Part shown: piece by piece, positions 55,301 to 64,000 of the stretch
How positions within the stretch are numbered: the stretch's first letter is position 1
Layout of the letters: every line of letters starts with the position of its first letter
Source of the DNA: Chthoniobacteraceae bacterium
GTDB lineage: Bacteria > Verrucomicrobiota > Verrucomicrobiia > Chthoniobacterales > Chthoniobacteraceae
Length of the DNA stretch: 64,000 nt
Assembly (NCBI GenBank): GCA_044348365.1
Contig: JBIKSY010000001.1
Coordinates: forward strand, 9,225 to 73,224
Reading direction: 5' to 3'
Notes under the pieces: generated by a model
The model's input: the letters and a program-made list of their open reading frames with translations, nothing else
Told to the model about the DNA's origin: nothing
Databases searched by the model: none
Program-made: the position numbers and the translations under genes

Positions 55301-55926
55301 TTTTTCTGGGCGGTGAAGACCTCCACGTTGTTTGCAGCCGTCTCGATGTCGTGCTGGAGGGAGGCCACCAGCGAGTGAAACCAGTTGTAGGGGACGAGGG
55401 TCACGATCGCGATGCCCAGCCCGAAGGCGGTGGCGATGAGGGCCTCGCCGATACCGCCGGTGACCTTCTCCACGGCCAGTTCGGAGCTGCCGATGCTCGA
55501 GAAGCTGCCCATGATGCCGGTGACCGTGCCGAGCAGGCCCAGCAGGGGAGCGAGCGTGATGATGGTGTCCATCGCCGTCAGGAAGCGGCCCGCCCGCTTG
55601 ATCTCGACCCCCGCGGCCGCCTGCAACGCCCCCTGGAGGCTGGCGTGGCGGTGCGTGATCCCGGCGCTGATGACGCGCAGCACCGGATCTGCGGAGCCTC
55701 CACAAAGTTTAAGCGCCGCCGCAACGTCGCCCGCCTCCAGCGCCGTGAGGACCATGTCCAGCAAGGCTGCGTTCCGATTTCTGGAGAGCAGAAACCACCA
55801 CCAGACGCGTTCGACGATCACGGCAACCGAGAAAAGGGTGAGGAGCGCGATGGGCCACATGATGGGGCCACCCTTGAGGAAGAGCTCCACCAGGGCGTTG
55901 GATAGAAAAGGGGCGGGAAGGATCAT
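55297..55926 (-). CDS. exbB: MotA/TolQ/ExbB proton channel protein
   Basis: Start at MILPAPF. GGPIMWPIALLTLFSVAVIVER and C-terminal GEALIATAFGLGIAIVTLVPYNWF signature. Confidence 0.85.
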   Translation of the reverse strand: MILPAPFLSNALVELFLKGGPIMWPIALLTLFSVAVIVERVWWWFLLSRNRNAALLDMVLTALEAGDVAAALKLCGGSADPVLRVISAGITHRHASLQGALQAAAGVEIKRAGRFLTAMDTIITLAPLLGLLGTVTGIMGSFSSIGSSELAVEKVTGGIGEALIATAFGLGIAIVTLVPYNWFHSLVASLQHDIETAANNVEVFTAQKK

Positions 55927-56687
55927 TGGAGGACAAATTTGATGGGTACGATGAAAAGCCGGGACTCTCCGGAAGGCCACCGCCAGTTGCGACGCAAATG
56001 GTCGCGGGCGGCCGTGTCGAGCAGGGTGTGTCCGCTCGAGGTGCGGATCTCCACGGAGGAGGGCACGCCGCTGGATTCGACGGTGACGAGCAAAATGACG
56101 GTGCCGTCAATGCGGGCGGAGCGCGCGGCGGAAGGATACGAGGGCGAGGGAAACCGCCCACCGCCGGCGGCGGAAAAAGGAACGGGCTGGGTACCGCCCG
56201 GTGTGCCGCCTGTGCGGGCGGGTCGCGCGGTGGAAGGGGATGCGGAGGCTTTGGCAGTGGTTGCCGGTGGGGCGGGCGCCGGCGCGGGTTTGGCTTCGGC
56301 AGCGGGCGCGGGCTTCGGCGGTTGAGGTTCTGGCGGGGGCTGCACGGGCGGGGGGTCGGTGAGCGGTTCCGCCGCTTGAAGCTCGGCCATTTCCGGCGGT
56401 TGCAGGGGCGGGGTGACCACCGGCACCGGCGGAATGGAAACCTCCACCGGAGGCGGGGTTTGGGATTGCTCCAGGGCCGGCGACTCGGGCGAGGCTTCCT
56501 CGGGGGGCGCCAAAAACTCCTGCACCTGCACCAGCGGGGAGGAGGTTGGCTCCCCGAAGGAGAGCCGGAGGGGCGGGGAAACCGGAGTGAGAGAGCCGCC
56601 AATCCCAACGAGCAGAAACAATCCCGCCACGCCACTCACCCAGGCAGAGGCCAGGGCAAGGGGGGCTTGGGGTGGGTTGCGGATCAT
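55923..56687 (-). CDS. tonB: energy transducer TonB
   Basis: N-terminal TM, long Pro-rich spacer (PPPVQPPPEPQPPKPAPAAE...), and C-terminal TonB domain (YPSAARSARIDGTVILLVTV...GHTLLDTAARDHL). Start MIRNPPQ chosen to avoid overlap with the receptor gene. Confidence 0.8.
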   Translation of the reverse strand: MIRNPPQAPLALASAWVSGVAGLFLLVGIGGSLTPVSPPLRLSFGEPTSSPLVQVQEFLAPPEEASPESPALEQSQTPPPVEVSIPPVPVVTPPLQPPEMAELQAAEPLTDPPPVQPPPEPQPPKPAPAAEAKPAPAPAPPATTAKASASPSTARPARTGGTPGGTQPVPFSAAGGGRFPSPSYPSAARSARIDGTVILLVTVESSGVPSSVEIRTSSGHTLLDTAARDHLRRNWRWPSGESRLFIVPIKFVLQ

Positions 56688-56724
56688 GCGGGTTGGGCGG
56701 CGAAGGCCGCGAGGCGTGGGGACG

Positions 56725-58869
56725 TTAAAATTGGAACGACAGTCCTGCGTACACGTTGCGGCCGTAGCTTGGATCAACGCCCTGTGCGGTTACGCGGGAG
56801 AAGTATTGGCGATCGAACAGGTTGTTGATGCCGGCCATGACGGAGACCCGGGGGTGAACGGGGATTTCAGCGGTGAGATCCCAGGTGACAAAGGAGGGTA
56901 TTTCAAAGGCGGGATCACTGTTGTCCTGGGCGTTGTGCTTCCCCATGAGCGTCCCAAGCATCGAAACCTTCGCCTTCCGGAAACCGTAAATCAACCCGGT
57001 GCGCAGAAGGTAGGTCGGGGCATACATGGGGGTCCCACCGTTGCTGGGGCCGCCGTGTAGGCCAGCCTCAAGAAGGGTCAGGCTGCCGTACAGGTTGAGG
57101 TTCCCGCAGCTGGCGTTGAGGTCGCGGCCGGTCCTGGCGGCGAGCACGCCAATGAGGTCGACTTGAGCAGAGGCGTCCCAGCCGTAGTTGATGCTCCGGC
57201 CGACGCTGGTGAGCTGGCTGTTGGAGACGCCGAACCGGTTGTCCAGGTCGATGAGGAAGAGGCTGGTGTCGTAGGTCAGCCACGGGGTGGGCCTTCCACG
57301 CACTCCCAGCTCGTAGTTCCAGCCAATGTTGGGGCTGGCGTCAGTCGCTGCCATGCCGGGCGCGGCCACGATCGACTGGCTGAAGATCGTGGGGCGGTAG
57401 CTCTGCGAAACGTTCGCATAGATCTGCTGCTGGCGGGGCAGTTCGTAGGCCGCGCCCAACCCCACCAGAGGCTGGTAGTCGATTTTCGTCACCTCAGAAT
57501 GTTTGAGTGATCCAGTCGCACCTCCAGTCCACTTTTGCGAACTCACCGACTGGCGGATCCCTTCAAAGCGGAAACCGGGTGTGAGGCTGAAGTCGCCCCA
57601 GGAAAACTTGTTCTCTGCGAAGGCGGATCCGTAAAACACGCGGCGCATCGAGTCCTCGGAGTTGAAGAACCGCGAGCCCTCAAGAATGCCCTCCAAGGCG
57701 GTTGCAGACTGGCCTTCCCTGTCGCTGCGGGGTGAGCGGAGCCCGTACAGCTGGAAGCCCGCGCTAAGGGTGTTGCTGGCACCCAGGCCTTCCCAGTCGT
57801 GCCGGAGTCGGGGTTCAAACCCAACGCTCTGAAACCGTTGGTCCTGAATAACGTTGGTCAGCGCTGCGGCGCCCGTGGGAACGGTTCCAAAACCGCCCCC
57901 CTGCTGCCGCCAGCTTTGGCGGGTGAGATGCGCGAACCAGACCTTGAGGGAGAGGTCCGTGCCCGGCTGGATGTTGTGCTGCAGGTCGGCGGCAACCGCG
58001 TACCGGGACAGTGCAAAGTGGTCGTTAAAACGCGTGGTCTTGCGCGGGTTGGAACGGAAATCCGGGAGGCTGAGTCCCCCGGGTTCGCGGTGTTTTTCCT
58101 CATATACATCCAGCGAGAGCACCAGCCGGGTGCTTTTGCTGAAGGACTGCACCAGCTTGAAAAGCCCCCCATCGAGGCTGTAACGGCTGTTGGCCTCCCG
58201 GAACCCGTTGGATTCCCGGTGGTTGAAGTACCCGTAGTAACCCGTCGAACCGGACGTGCCCGAAAAGCTTGTGTAGTTGGAGTAGAAGTCGTCGGTCCCG
58301 AAAACATTCTGCGTCCGGAAGGTGAACGGCTTGTCGGTGACGGGCATGTGCGTGACGTAATTCAGCGCGCCCGCGGGCTGCGCCCCAAACATGAGCGCTG
58401 CTCCCCCGCGGATAAACTCTAGGCGGTCCACCACATCAAGGGGCGGCATGTAATAGGCCTCCGGATAGCCGAAAGGATCGCTGTGGATGGGAATGCCGTC
58501 CTTGAGCACCTGCAGGAACTGGGCTCGGTCGGGAGTGCCGATCCCCCGGAAGCCTAGGCTTACCAGGGGCGTCGTTTCCTCCGAGTAAAGGAGCCCCGGC
58601 GTCAGGGCCAGCGCCTGGCGGTAGTTGTTGGCCTGCACCTTGGGCAGCGCGTCCAGGTCGATGACGGTGGCCCGCTTGCCGGAGAAAATGCGGTTGTCTT
58701 CCACCGCCTCGGGAAAGGGGTTCTGGATGATGCTGTCATTTTCGGACTCCCCGTAGACGGTCAGGGTGTCCAGCACCCGGGGGGAGGACTGGGCGAAGAG
58801 CAGCCCCGGGAGGAGCACCGTGCAGAGGACGGTCCGGGCCAACGGGGAGGGACGAGACGGGATTTGCAT
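56725..58869 (-). CDS. TonB-dependent outer-membrane receptor
   Basis: Signal peptide (LCTVLLPGLLFAQS). TonB-box/plug region (LDTLTVYGE...). Alternating beta-strand body ending in the aromatic ...YAGLSFQF. Confidence 0.85.
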   Translation of the reverse strand: MQIPSRPSPLARTVLCTVLLPGLLFAQSSPRVLDTLTVYGESENDSIIQNPFPEAVEDNRIFSGKRATVIDLDALPKVQANNYRQALALTPGLLYSEETTPLVSLGFRGIGTPDRAQFLQVLKDGIPIHSDPFGYPEAYYMPPLDVVDRLEFIRGGAALMFGAQPAGALNYVTHMPVTDKPFTFRTQNVFGTDDFYSNYTSFSGTSGSTGYYGYFNHRESNGFREANSRYSLDGGLFKLVQSFSKSTRLVLSLDVYEEKHREPGGLSLPDFRSNPRKTTRFNDHFALSRYAVAADLQHNIQPGTDLSLKVWFAHLTRQSWRQQGGGFGTVPTGAAALTNVIQDQRFQSVGFEPRLRHDWEGLGASNTLSAGFQLYGLRSPRSDREGQSATALEGILEGSRFFNSEDSMRRVFYGSAFAENKFSWGDFSLTPGFRFEGIRQSVSSQKWTGGATGSLKHSEVTKIDYQPLVGLGAAYELPRQQQIYANVSQSYRPTIFSQSIVAAPGMAATDASPNIGWNYELGVRGRPTPWLTYDTSLFLIDLDNRFGVSNSQLTSVGRSINYGWDASAQVDLIGVLAARTGRDLNASCGNLNLYGSLTLLEAGLHGGPSNGGTPMYAPTYLLRTGLIYGFRKAKVSMLGTLMGKHNAQDNSDPAFEIPSFVTWDLTAEIPVHPRVSVMAGINNLFDRQYFSRVTAQGVDPSYGRNVYAGLSFQF

Positions 58870-59028
58870 GGCGAATCGAGCGGGGACAGGGGCTGCGGTT
58901 TTACTGAGACTGATTCTCAATAGCGGATCCCGACCCTGCCCTTCCGTTGCTACCCGTTCAAGCGTTTTGTTGCGACTCAGTCTCAAAAGGGCCGCCGTGC
59001 CGCGCCGCTCCCTTGAATAAGAGGCCGG

Positions 59029-59778
59029 CTAGAAGCTGAAGTTCAGGCCTACTAGCGAGTAATGGAACCGGCTGAACGTGTAAACGGTGTCGCTGTCGGC
59101 GCCCCCGTCCAGAACCCGGTAGCCGACCCGCACGGAAAGGCGGTCGGTGGCATGCCATTGCAGCGCCGCGGAGGCGTCGACGGCGTGGCCTTGGGGTGCG
59201 CCGAGCGCGTCCCCTTCGGAGAGGAGGCTGAAGGGCTTCGAAAAACGCCACACCAGACGGTAGTTCACCAGAGGCACAAAGCCGGTGCTCGAATCGTTCG
59301 CGGTCTTTCCGCCCTGACTCAGGCGTACTTCGGCGTCGCGGACCTTGGCCGTGATGCCCATGCCGAACACGAAGTCCTCGGTTTGGATGAAATTGTATCG
59401 GTAGGTCAGCCGGTAGGAGTCAAAGCGGAAGGCTCCGTTGGTGGCTGCGCCGGCGGCAAAGTCGGTGCCTGCAAAACGCACGGGGCGGTTGAACTGGCCG
59501 CGGAAATCCATCTCCAGCGGGGCGTAGAGCAGGGAAATGTCATGTCTGGCCCCTGGGTGCCAGGTGAGCCGGCCGCGGAAATACGCGTTTGGATCGCTGG
59601 CGCTCAGGTCCTTGGAGAGGGAGAAGAAAGTGCCCCCTGTGTTTGGAATGCGCACATCGGCTTTTGAGCTCCAAACGGCGCCCGACTCCAGGTCGAGGTC
59701 GAATTGCGCGGCGGAGACTGCAGGGCAGGCGGCGGCCAAAAGCAGCGAGGCTACAAGCAAGGAAGCGGTACGGCTCAT
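59029..59778 (-). CDS. small outer-membrane beta-barrel protein (hypothetical)
   Basis: Signal peptide MSRTASLLVASLLLAAACPAVSA. Alternating amphipathic strands. C-terminal ...YSLVGLNFSF (terminal Phe). Confidence 0.55.
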   Translation of the reverse strand: MSRTASLLVASLLLAAACPAVSAAQFDLDLESGAVWSSKADVRIPNTGGTFFSLSKDLSASDPNAYFRGRLTWHPGARHDISLLYAPLEMDFRGQFNRPVRFAGTDFAAGAATNGAFRFDSYRLTYRYNFIQTEDFVFGMGITAKVRDAEVRLSQGGKTANDSSTGFVPLVNYRLVWRFSKPFSLLSEGDALGAPQGHAVDASAALQWHATDRLSVRVGYRVLDGGADSDTVYTFSRFHYSLVGLNFSF

Positions 59779-59940
59779 GGGGCTGATGCTGTTGCAAACC
59801 CGGGTGAAGCGCAACCGTGGTGTCTGATTCGCTTGGACTCCGCGGCGCAAAGCCGCAGCCTCGCGGGACGGGCCACCCCGGTTTGGCGCAGCCGGGTCTG
59901 GATGATTGGATGGCCCGCCCTAAAGTCGCGTTCACTGCCC

Positions 59941-60588
59941 ATGCCTGCTTCCGACCGTGTCATCCTTCCCGAGATCCTGGATTCGCTGGATCCCGCGGAT
60001 CCGCGCGCCCTACGGAGCCGCAGGGATTTGCGCTGGATCGACCTGTATCTGGGCAACTCGCGCTGGATTGTCAGCCGGCTCAGAAACCAGGCGCCTGCCC
60101 CGGGCCATATCCTTGAGATCGGCGCCGGGGAGGGCGGGCTTTGCCGGAAAATCAACGCGGCGTTCTCCTCCGCTACCGTGACGGGCCTGGACCTGCTTGG
60201 GCGGCCAGCCAGCCTGCCGGGCGACATCGGCTGGGTGAGCGGGGACTTTTTTCACACCCTGCCAGGGGCTGGCGCGGACGCCTGCGTGGGCAGCCTCATT
60301 CTCCACCACTTTCCGGACCGTGCGCTGCGGGAACTCGGATCCAGTCTGCGCGCGTTTCGGACCCTCATCTTCTGCGAACCGCTCCGTGCGAGGCTGCCGC
60401 TGGTGTTTTCCACGCTTTCGTCCCCGTTTGTGGGGGAGGTCACGCGGCACGACATGCCGGCGAGCATCCGCGCGGGTTTCCGTCCGGGCGAACTGCCCGC
60501 GCTGCTCGGGCTGGATCCCAAAAATTGGAAGATCACCGAATCATGCCACTGGCGTGGGGCGCTCCGCTTGATAGCCTCGCGTCTTTGA
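59941..60588 (+). CDS. class I SAM-dependent methyltransferase
   Basis: ATG 59941. Motif I ILEIGAGEGGL, followed by an acidic post-I residue context (VTGLDLL). Confidence 0.7.
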   Translation: MPASDRVILPEILDSLDPADPRALRSRRDLRWIDLYLGNSRWIVSRLRNQAPAPGHILEIGAGEGGLCRKINAAFSSATVTGLDLLGRPASLPGDIGWVSGDFFHTLPGAGADACVGSLILHHFPDRALRELGSSLRAFRTLIFCEPLRARLPLVFSTLSSPFVGEVTRHDMPASIRAGFRPGELPALLGLDPKNWKITESCHWRGALRLIASRL

Positions 60589-61583
60589 AACACCCAATTT
60601 CGATTGCGGGCGGGGGACTGGCGGGGCTTTCGCTGGGCGTCGCGTTACAGTCCCGCGGGGTTTCTGTGACCCTTCACGAAGCCTCCACCTACCCGCGGCA
60701 CCGCGTCTGCGGCGAGTTCATCAGCGGAGTGGGGGAGCAAACGCTTGACGCTCTGGGCATCGCCGCTTGCCTCGAGGGGGCGACGCGCCTGCAAAGTGTC
60801 TGCTGGAGCGACCCGGCGGGCAAACTCGCGGAACTGCAGGCGCCCGGACGGGGGATCTCGCGCTGGAAGCTGGACGATCTTTTGCGGCGGCAGTTCCTTG
60901 CCCACGGGGGGACTCTCCACACCAACTCGCGCATTCCGGCGGCCTTGGGCGTCGTCTGGGCGGCGGGCCGCCCCCGGCAACCGTCGCCCTGGATCGGACT
61001 GAAGTGCCACGCCCGAAATCTGGCGCTGACCCATGATCTGGAAATGTTCACCTCGCCGGGCGGTTACGTGGGCCTTGCAAAAATAGAGGAGGGAAAGGTC
61101 AATATTTGCGGGCTTTTCAAGCAGCGCCGCTTCACCGGCGCCAAAGGGACCGGCCTTTTACTCGCCGTCCTCCGGGGGGCGTCGCTTCACGCGCTTGCCG
61201 ACCGTCTCGAAGGGGCAGACCTCGAGGAGTCCAGCTTCTGCGGGGTAGCCGGCTTTCAGACCGGTGCGCAGGAGGGGCCCGCCTTTCGGATTGGGGATGC
61301 TGCCGTCATGATTCCGCCTTTCACCGGCAACGGGATGAGCATGGCCTTCGAGTCTGCCGAGTGCGCGCTCCAACCCGCCCTAGACTACGCCTGCGGCCGC
61401 ACCTCCTGGAGGGAAGCTGGAGCCGCGGCCGCAGCCGCACAGGCGGACCGCTTTCGCCGGCGCATGACCACGGCAAACCTCCTGCACCGCTTTCTGATGA
61501 ACCCCGCCGGGCTGAAGCTCATCGGCGCGCTCGCGCGCAGCGGGTGTCTCCCCATCCAAGCCATCCTCCACCTGGTCCGCTGA
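60585..61583 (+). CDS. FAD-dependent oxidoreductase / flavin monooxygenase-like
   Basis: TTG 60585 (TTGA overlap with the methyltransferase stop) places the dinucleotide fold ISIAGGGLAGLSLGVAL at the N-terminus. GDAAVMIPPFTGNGMSMA FAD motif. Alternative ATG at 60543. Confidence 0.7.
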   Translation: MKHPISIAGGGLAGLSLGVALQSRGVSVTLHEASTYPRHRVCGEFISGVGEQTLDALGIAACLEGATRLQSVCWSDPAGKLAELQAPGRGISRWKLDDLLRRQFLAHGGTLHTNSRIPAALGVVWAAGRPRQPSPWIGLKCHARNLALTHDLEMFTSPGGYVGLAKIEEGKVNICGLFKQRRFTGAKGTGLLLAVLRGASLHALADRLEGADLEESSFCGVAGFQTGAQEGPAFRIGDAAVMIPPFTGNGMSMAFESAECALQPALDYACGRTSWREAGAAAAAAQADRFRRRMTTANLLHRFLMNPAGLKLIGALARSGCLPIQAILHLVR

Positions 61584-62611
61584 TGTACCTCCAATCTCTC
61601 GCCACGGCGTTTCCCCCGCACGCGTTCAAGCAGGTTGAGTGTTTTGAGGCACTCAACAGTTCCGGAACGCTGGAAGCCTTGCGGGGCCGTTCCAGAGAAT
61701 TGCTCGAAAAGGTGCTCACGGGAGATTCCGGCATCGATACGCGTCGTTTTTGTGACCCAGATTTGCGGAACACCTTCGGGCTGGACGCGTCCGGGTTGCA
61801 TGGCCATTTCGAAAGGCACGCTCCCAGACTCGCTTCCGAGGCGGTCTTAAAGGCCTGCCAACAGGACGGTCTGAAGCCCTCGCGCATCGACGCCCTCCTG
61901 GTGTGCACCTGCACCGGCTACCTCTGTCCGGGCCTGAGCAGCTATGTTTCCGAAATCCTCGGCCTCCGGCCGGATGCCTTTCTTCAGGATCTGCTCGGCC
62001 TCGGTTGTGGGGCCGCCCTGCCGCTTCTAGAAACCGCCCGTGGCATCCTGGCGGCAAACCCGCACGCCACCATCGCGACGGTGGCCGTGGAAATTTCCTC
62101 GGCCGCTTTTTTTCTAAACGACGAGCCCGGCGTGCTCATCAGCCTGTGCCTCTTTGGCGATGGCGCCGCCGCCGCCATCTGGCGGGGGCAAGACCGGGGC
62201 GGCCAGTTCCGCTTCCAAAACTTCCGCACCCTTCACAGGCCGGAGCACAGGGAGAAGATCCGCTTCGTCAATTCCGGCGGACGCCTCAAAAACCAGCTGC
62301 ACCGCGAGGTGCCCGCGCTCGCTGCCGAAACCGTGGCGGAACTCTTCACAAGGAGGTCCGCCGAGCCGGATCGTCTGCTCGCGCACACGGGTGGACGCGA
62401 TGTGGTGGAGGCGCTCGAGCAGGCTCTTCCAGGGCACGCGCTCGTTGAAACCCGCGGCGTTCTACGGAAATACGGCAACATCAGCAGCCCGAGCGTCCTT
62501 GCGGCACTCGAGGATTCGCTCCTCAGCTTCCCTGAAAGCGAAAGCCTTTGGCTGACCGCCTTTGGGGCGGGCTTTGCCGCCCACTGCGGCGAACTCAAAC
62601 GGGAGCGTTGA
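61583..62611 (+). CDS. type III polyketide synthase (chalcone synthase superfamily)
   Basis: ATG 61583 overlaps the upstream stop (TGATG). Cys context LLVCTCTGYLCPGLS, FGDGAAA, His context HTGGRDV, Asn context GNISSPSV, C-terminal FGAGF. Confidence 0.85.
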   Translation: MYLQSLATAFPPHAFKQVECFEALNSSGTLEALRGRSRELLEKVLTGDSGIDTRRFCDPDLRNTFGLDASGLHGHFERHAPRLASEAVLKACQQDGLKPSRIDALLVCTCTGYLCPGLSSYVSEILGLRPDAFLQDLLGLGCGAALPLLETARGILAANPHATIATVAVEISSAAFFLNDEPGVLISLCLFGDGAAAAIWRGQDRGGQFRFQNFRTLHRPEHREKIRFVNSGGRLKNQLHREVPALAAETVAELFTRRSAEPDRLLAHTGGRDVVEALEQALPGHALVETRGVLRKYGNISSPSVLAALEDSLLSFPESESLWLTAFGAGFAAHCGELKRER

Positions 62612-62650
62612 GGGCTCGCGGCCGCACGGGTTCTCCGAGGGGCGCGGCGG

Positions 62651-64000
62651 CTACTGGCGGCTGAGCGCGGAAGCCATCCGGCTCAAAAGGGAGGAGAGCG
62701 CCTGGGACGCGCCCCACTCCTTGACGGGGCGCTCGATCCGCTCGCTCCAGTTTGAATCGGTCACGGCCCCGGGCACGTTGAACCGCTGGCTGGTGCCGAA
62801 CAGGTCCGTCACCATGAAGATGGAGATCCAGGAGTTGCAGGCCAGCAGTCCGCGCAGCAGAGCCTCGTGCACCTGCTCGAACTCCATGATCCGCGGCACT
62901 TCAAAGCCCGCCCACGTCGCCAACCGGCGCACTTCCCACCACGCACCGTCTCTTGCGTGGGCGTCGGCGACCTGGCCCGATTCGCCCTGGGCGATGATCC
63001 GCATCCAGCGCTCCCAAAGCACCCGTAGCGGTTCGTGGTCGTGCGTGGCGTACGTCGCCACGGAAAGCCGCTGGTAGCGGTCCCCGGGCGTGAGCCGCGT
63101 ATCCCATTCCAGTTCCCACATCGGTACTTTGAAGCCCGCCATCTGCAGCGACTCCATGCTCGGGCGCACGTAGGGCGGCACCGTTCCGAGGTCCTCGCCG
63201 ATAAGCCGGTACGCGCCGGTTTCTTCCAGCAACGGCCGCAGAAGCTCCTCGCCGTGTTGCCGGTTGGCAAGGCGCTGCGGGTCGGTGTCGTCGGGGTTGG
63301 GATGGAACCGGGGCAGCTCCCCGCCCGTCCGCTCCTGCGCCACGCCCGCATCCAAGGGGGCGAACTCCGCGTTGCACTCGGGCCGCCACGGGAAGCCGTA
63401 GATCCGATAAAAGCCCAGCACGTGGTCGATGCGGAACAGGTGGAAGACCTCGCGCACCTTGCGCACCCGCTGGCGCCACCAGCGCAGATCCTGTTCCTTG
63501 AGCACATCCCAACGGTATAGGGGCACTCCCCAGTTCTGGCCCCAACGCATGGTAAAGAGGTCCCCTTGGAAGGCGTGCTCCGGCGGCGCGCCGCCGCTCC
63601 ACTGACTGTCGAAGATCTCCGGCTCGCAGAAGTAGTCGGCGCTGTGCAGGCTCACGCCAAAGGGGATGTCGCCCATGAGCGCAACCCCGAGGCTTTCCGC
63701 GTGTGCGCGCACCGCGGCCCACTGGCTCCAGGCGACCCACTGCACGTACATGACTTCGCGCTGCCTGAGCTCCCAGTCCTTGCGCACCTTGGCGGGCTGC
63801 TGCGCCAGCCACGCCTCCGCCGTCAGGCGGGTGCGGCACCGCTCGGGCCACGCGTCCCAGCGTTCGGTGCCGTGCTCGGCCATCAGCACCCGGAAGAGCG
63901 CAAACCCCGGCAGCCACCCCTCCTGTTCCGCCACCCACGCCTTGAAGGCCCGCGAGCGCGCCGTCTTGCGCTTCCACTCCAGCTCCAGGAACCGCTCGAA
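62651..64000 (-). CDS. malQ: 4-alpha-glucanotransferase (amylomaltase, GH77); N-terminus beyond the window end
   Basis: GDIPFGV, WGVPLYRWDVL, FRIDHVLGF, IGEDLGTVP and ATHDHEP blocks match GH77. The frame stays open to position 64000 (...FERFLELEWKRK...). Confidence 0.85.
   Translation of the reverse strand, partial: FERFLELEWKRKTARSRAFKAWVAEQEGWLPGFALFRVLMAEHGTERWDAWPERCRTRLTAEAWLAQQPAKVRKDWELRQREVMYVQWVAWSQWAAVRAHAESLGVALMGDIPFGVSLHSADYFCEPEIFDSQWSGGAPPEHAFQGDLFTMRWGQNWGVPLYRWDVLKEQDLRWWRQRVRKVREVFHLFRIDHVLGFYRIYGFPWRPECNAEFAPLDAGVAQERTGGELPRFHPNPDDTDPQRLANRQHGEELLRPLLEETGAYRLIGEDLGTVPPYVRPSMESLQMAGFKVPMWELEWDTRLTPGDRYQRLSVATYATHDHEPLRVLWERWMRIIAQGESGQVADAHARDGAWWEVRRLATWAGFEVPRIMEFEQVHEALLRGLLACNSWISIFMVTDLFGTSQRFNVPGAVTDSNWSERIERPVKEWGASQALSSLLSRMASALSRQ

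Noticed and set aside
55709-56635. 308-aa Pro-rich minus-strand ORF overlapping tonB and exbB in another frame
   Set aside because: It is an alternative reading of the Pro-rich TonB spacer DNA. The frame that was called carries the TM anchor and the C-terminal TonB domain.
58881-58960. TPP-riboswitch-like GGGG...GGCTG...ACTGAGA string on the plus strand
   Set aside because: It is on the wrong strand for the receptor gene, there is no plus-strand gene downstream, and the conserved ACCC...GAACCTGA...GGGA half is missing.
62901-63977. 358-aa alternative-frame ORF within malQ
   Set aside because: The GH77 signature blocks are all in the other frame.
1-64000. CRISPR arrays, rRNA genes, intact IS/transposase or integrase genes, and toxin-antitoxin or restriction-type defence genes
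   Set aside because: I looked for regularly spaced short repeats and for hallmark motifs (DDE, tyrosine-recombinase RHRY context, Cas, PIN/HEPN). I found none that I could support by eye.

Overview
High-GC bacterial chromosomal segment. The gene content points to the PVC superphylum, most likely Verrucomicrobiota: a PSCyt/DUF1592 plus DUF1501 gene pair, a DUF6288-like protein, PATR-type autotransporter repeats and TAT-signal proteins. This taxonomic call is an inference, not a computed result. About 50 protein genes, one tRNA and several gene relics are supportable. Housekeeping blocks are: heme a / cytochrome oxidase assembly (ctaA-ctaB-SCO1-DUF420, chained by ATGA overlaps), mnmA, topB, hisG, mutL, recJ with a NifS-like cysteine desulfurase, tRNA-Val(CAC) and malQ. 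Accessory blocks are: a secreted esterase / DUF6288 cluster; an AraC-controlled ferritin-like/SDR/esterase operon; a chemosensory module with no CheA or CheW; a TonB-ExbBD-receptor operon; and a methyltransferase / flavoprotein / type III PKS cluster. The most unusual structure is an approximately 11.5-kb insertion (24939-36478). It is bracketed by 107-bp direct repeats that duplicate the 3' end of a DUF2293 gene, with short terminal inverted repeats just inside. It carries only two giant surface-protein genes, a 14-blade RCC1 + 5x Ig-like protein and a Pmp-like glycine-rich autotransporter, plus a decayed PstS-like fragment. No recombinase is visible. All functional calls come from reading motifs in the translated ORFs; no database search or composition statistic was run. 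Many long ORFs in the six-frame track are antisense or alternative-frame artefacts of high GC and were not called.
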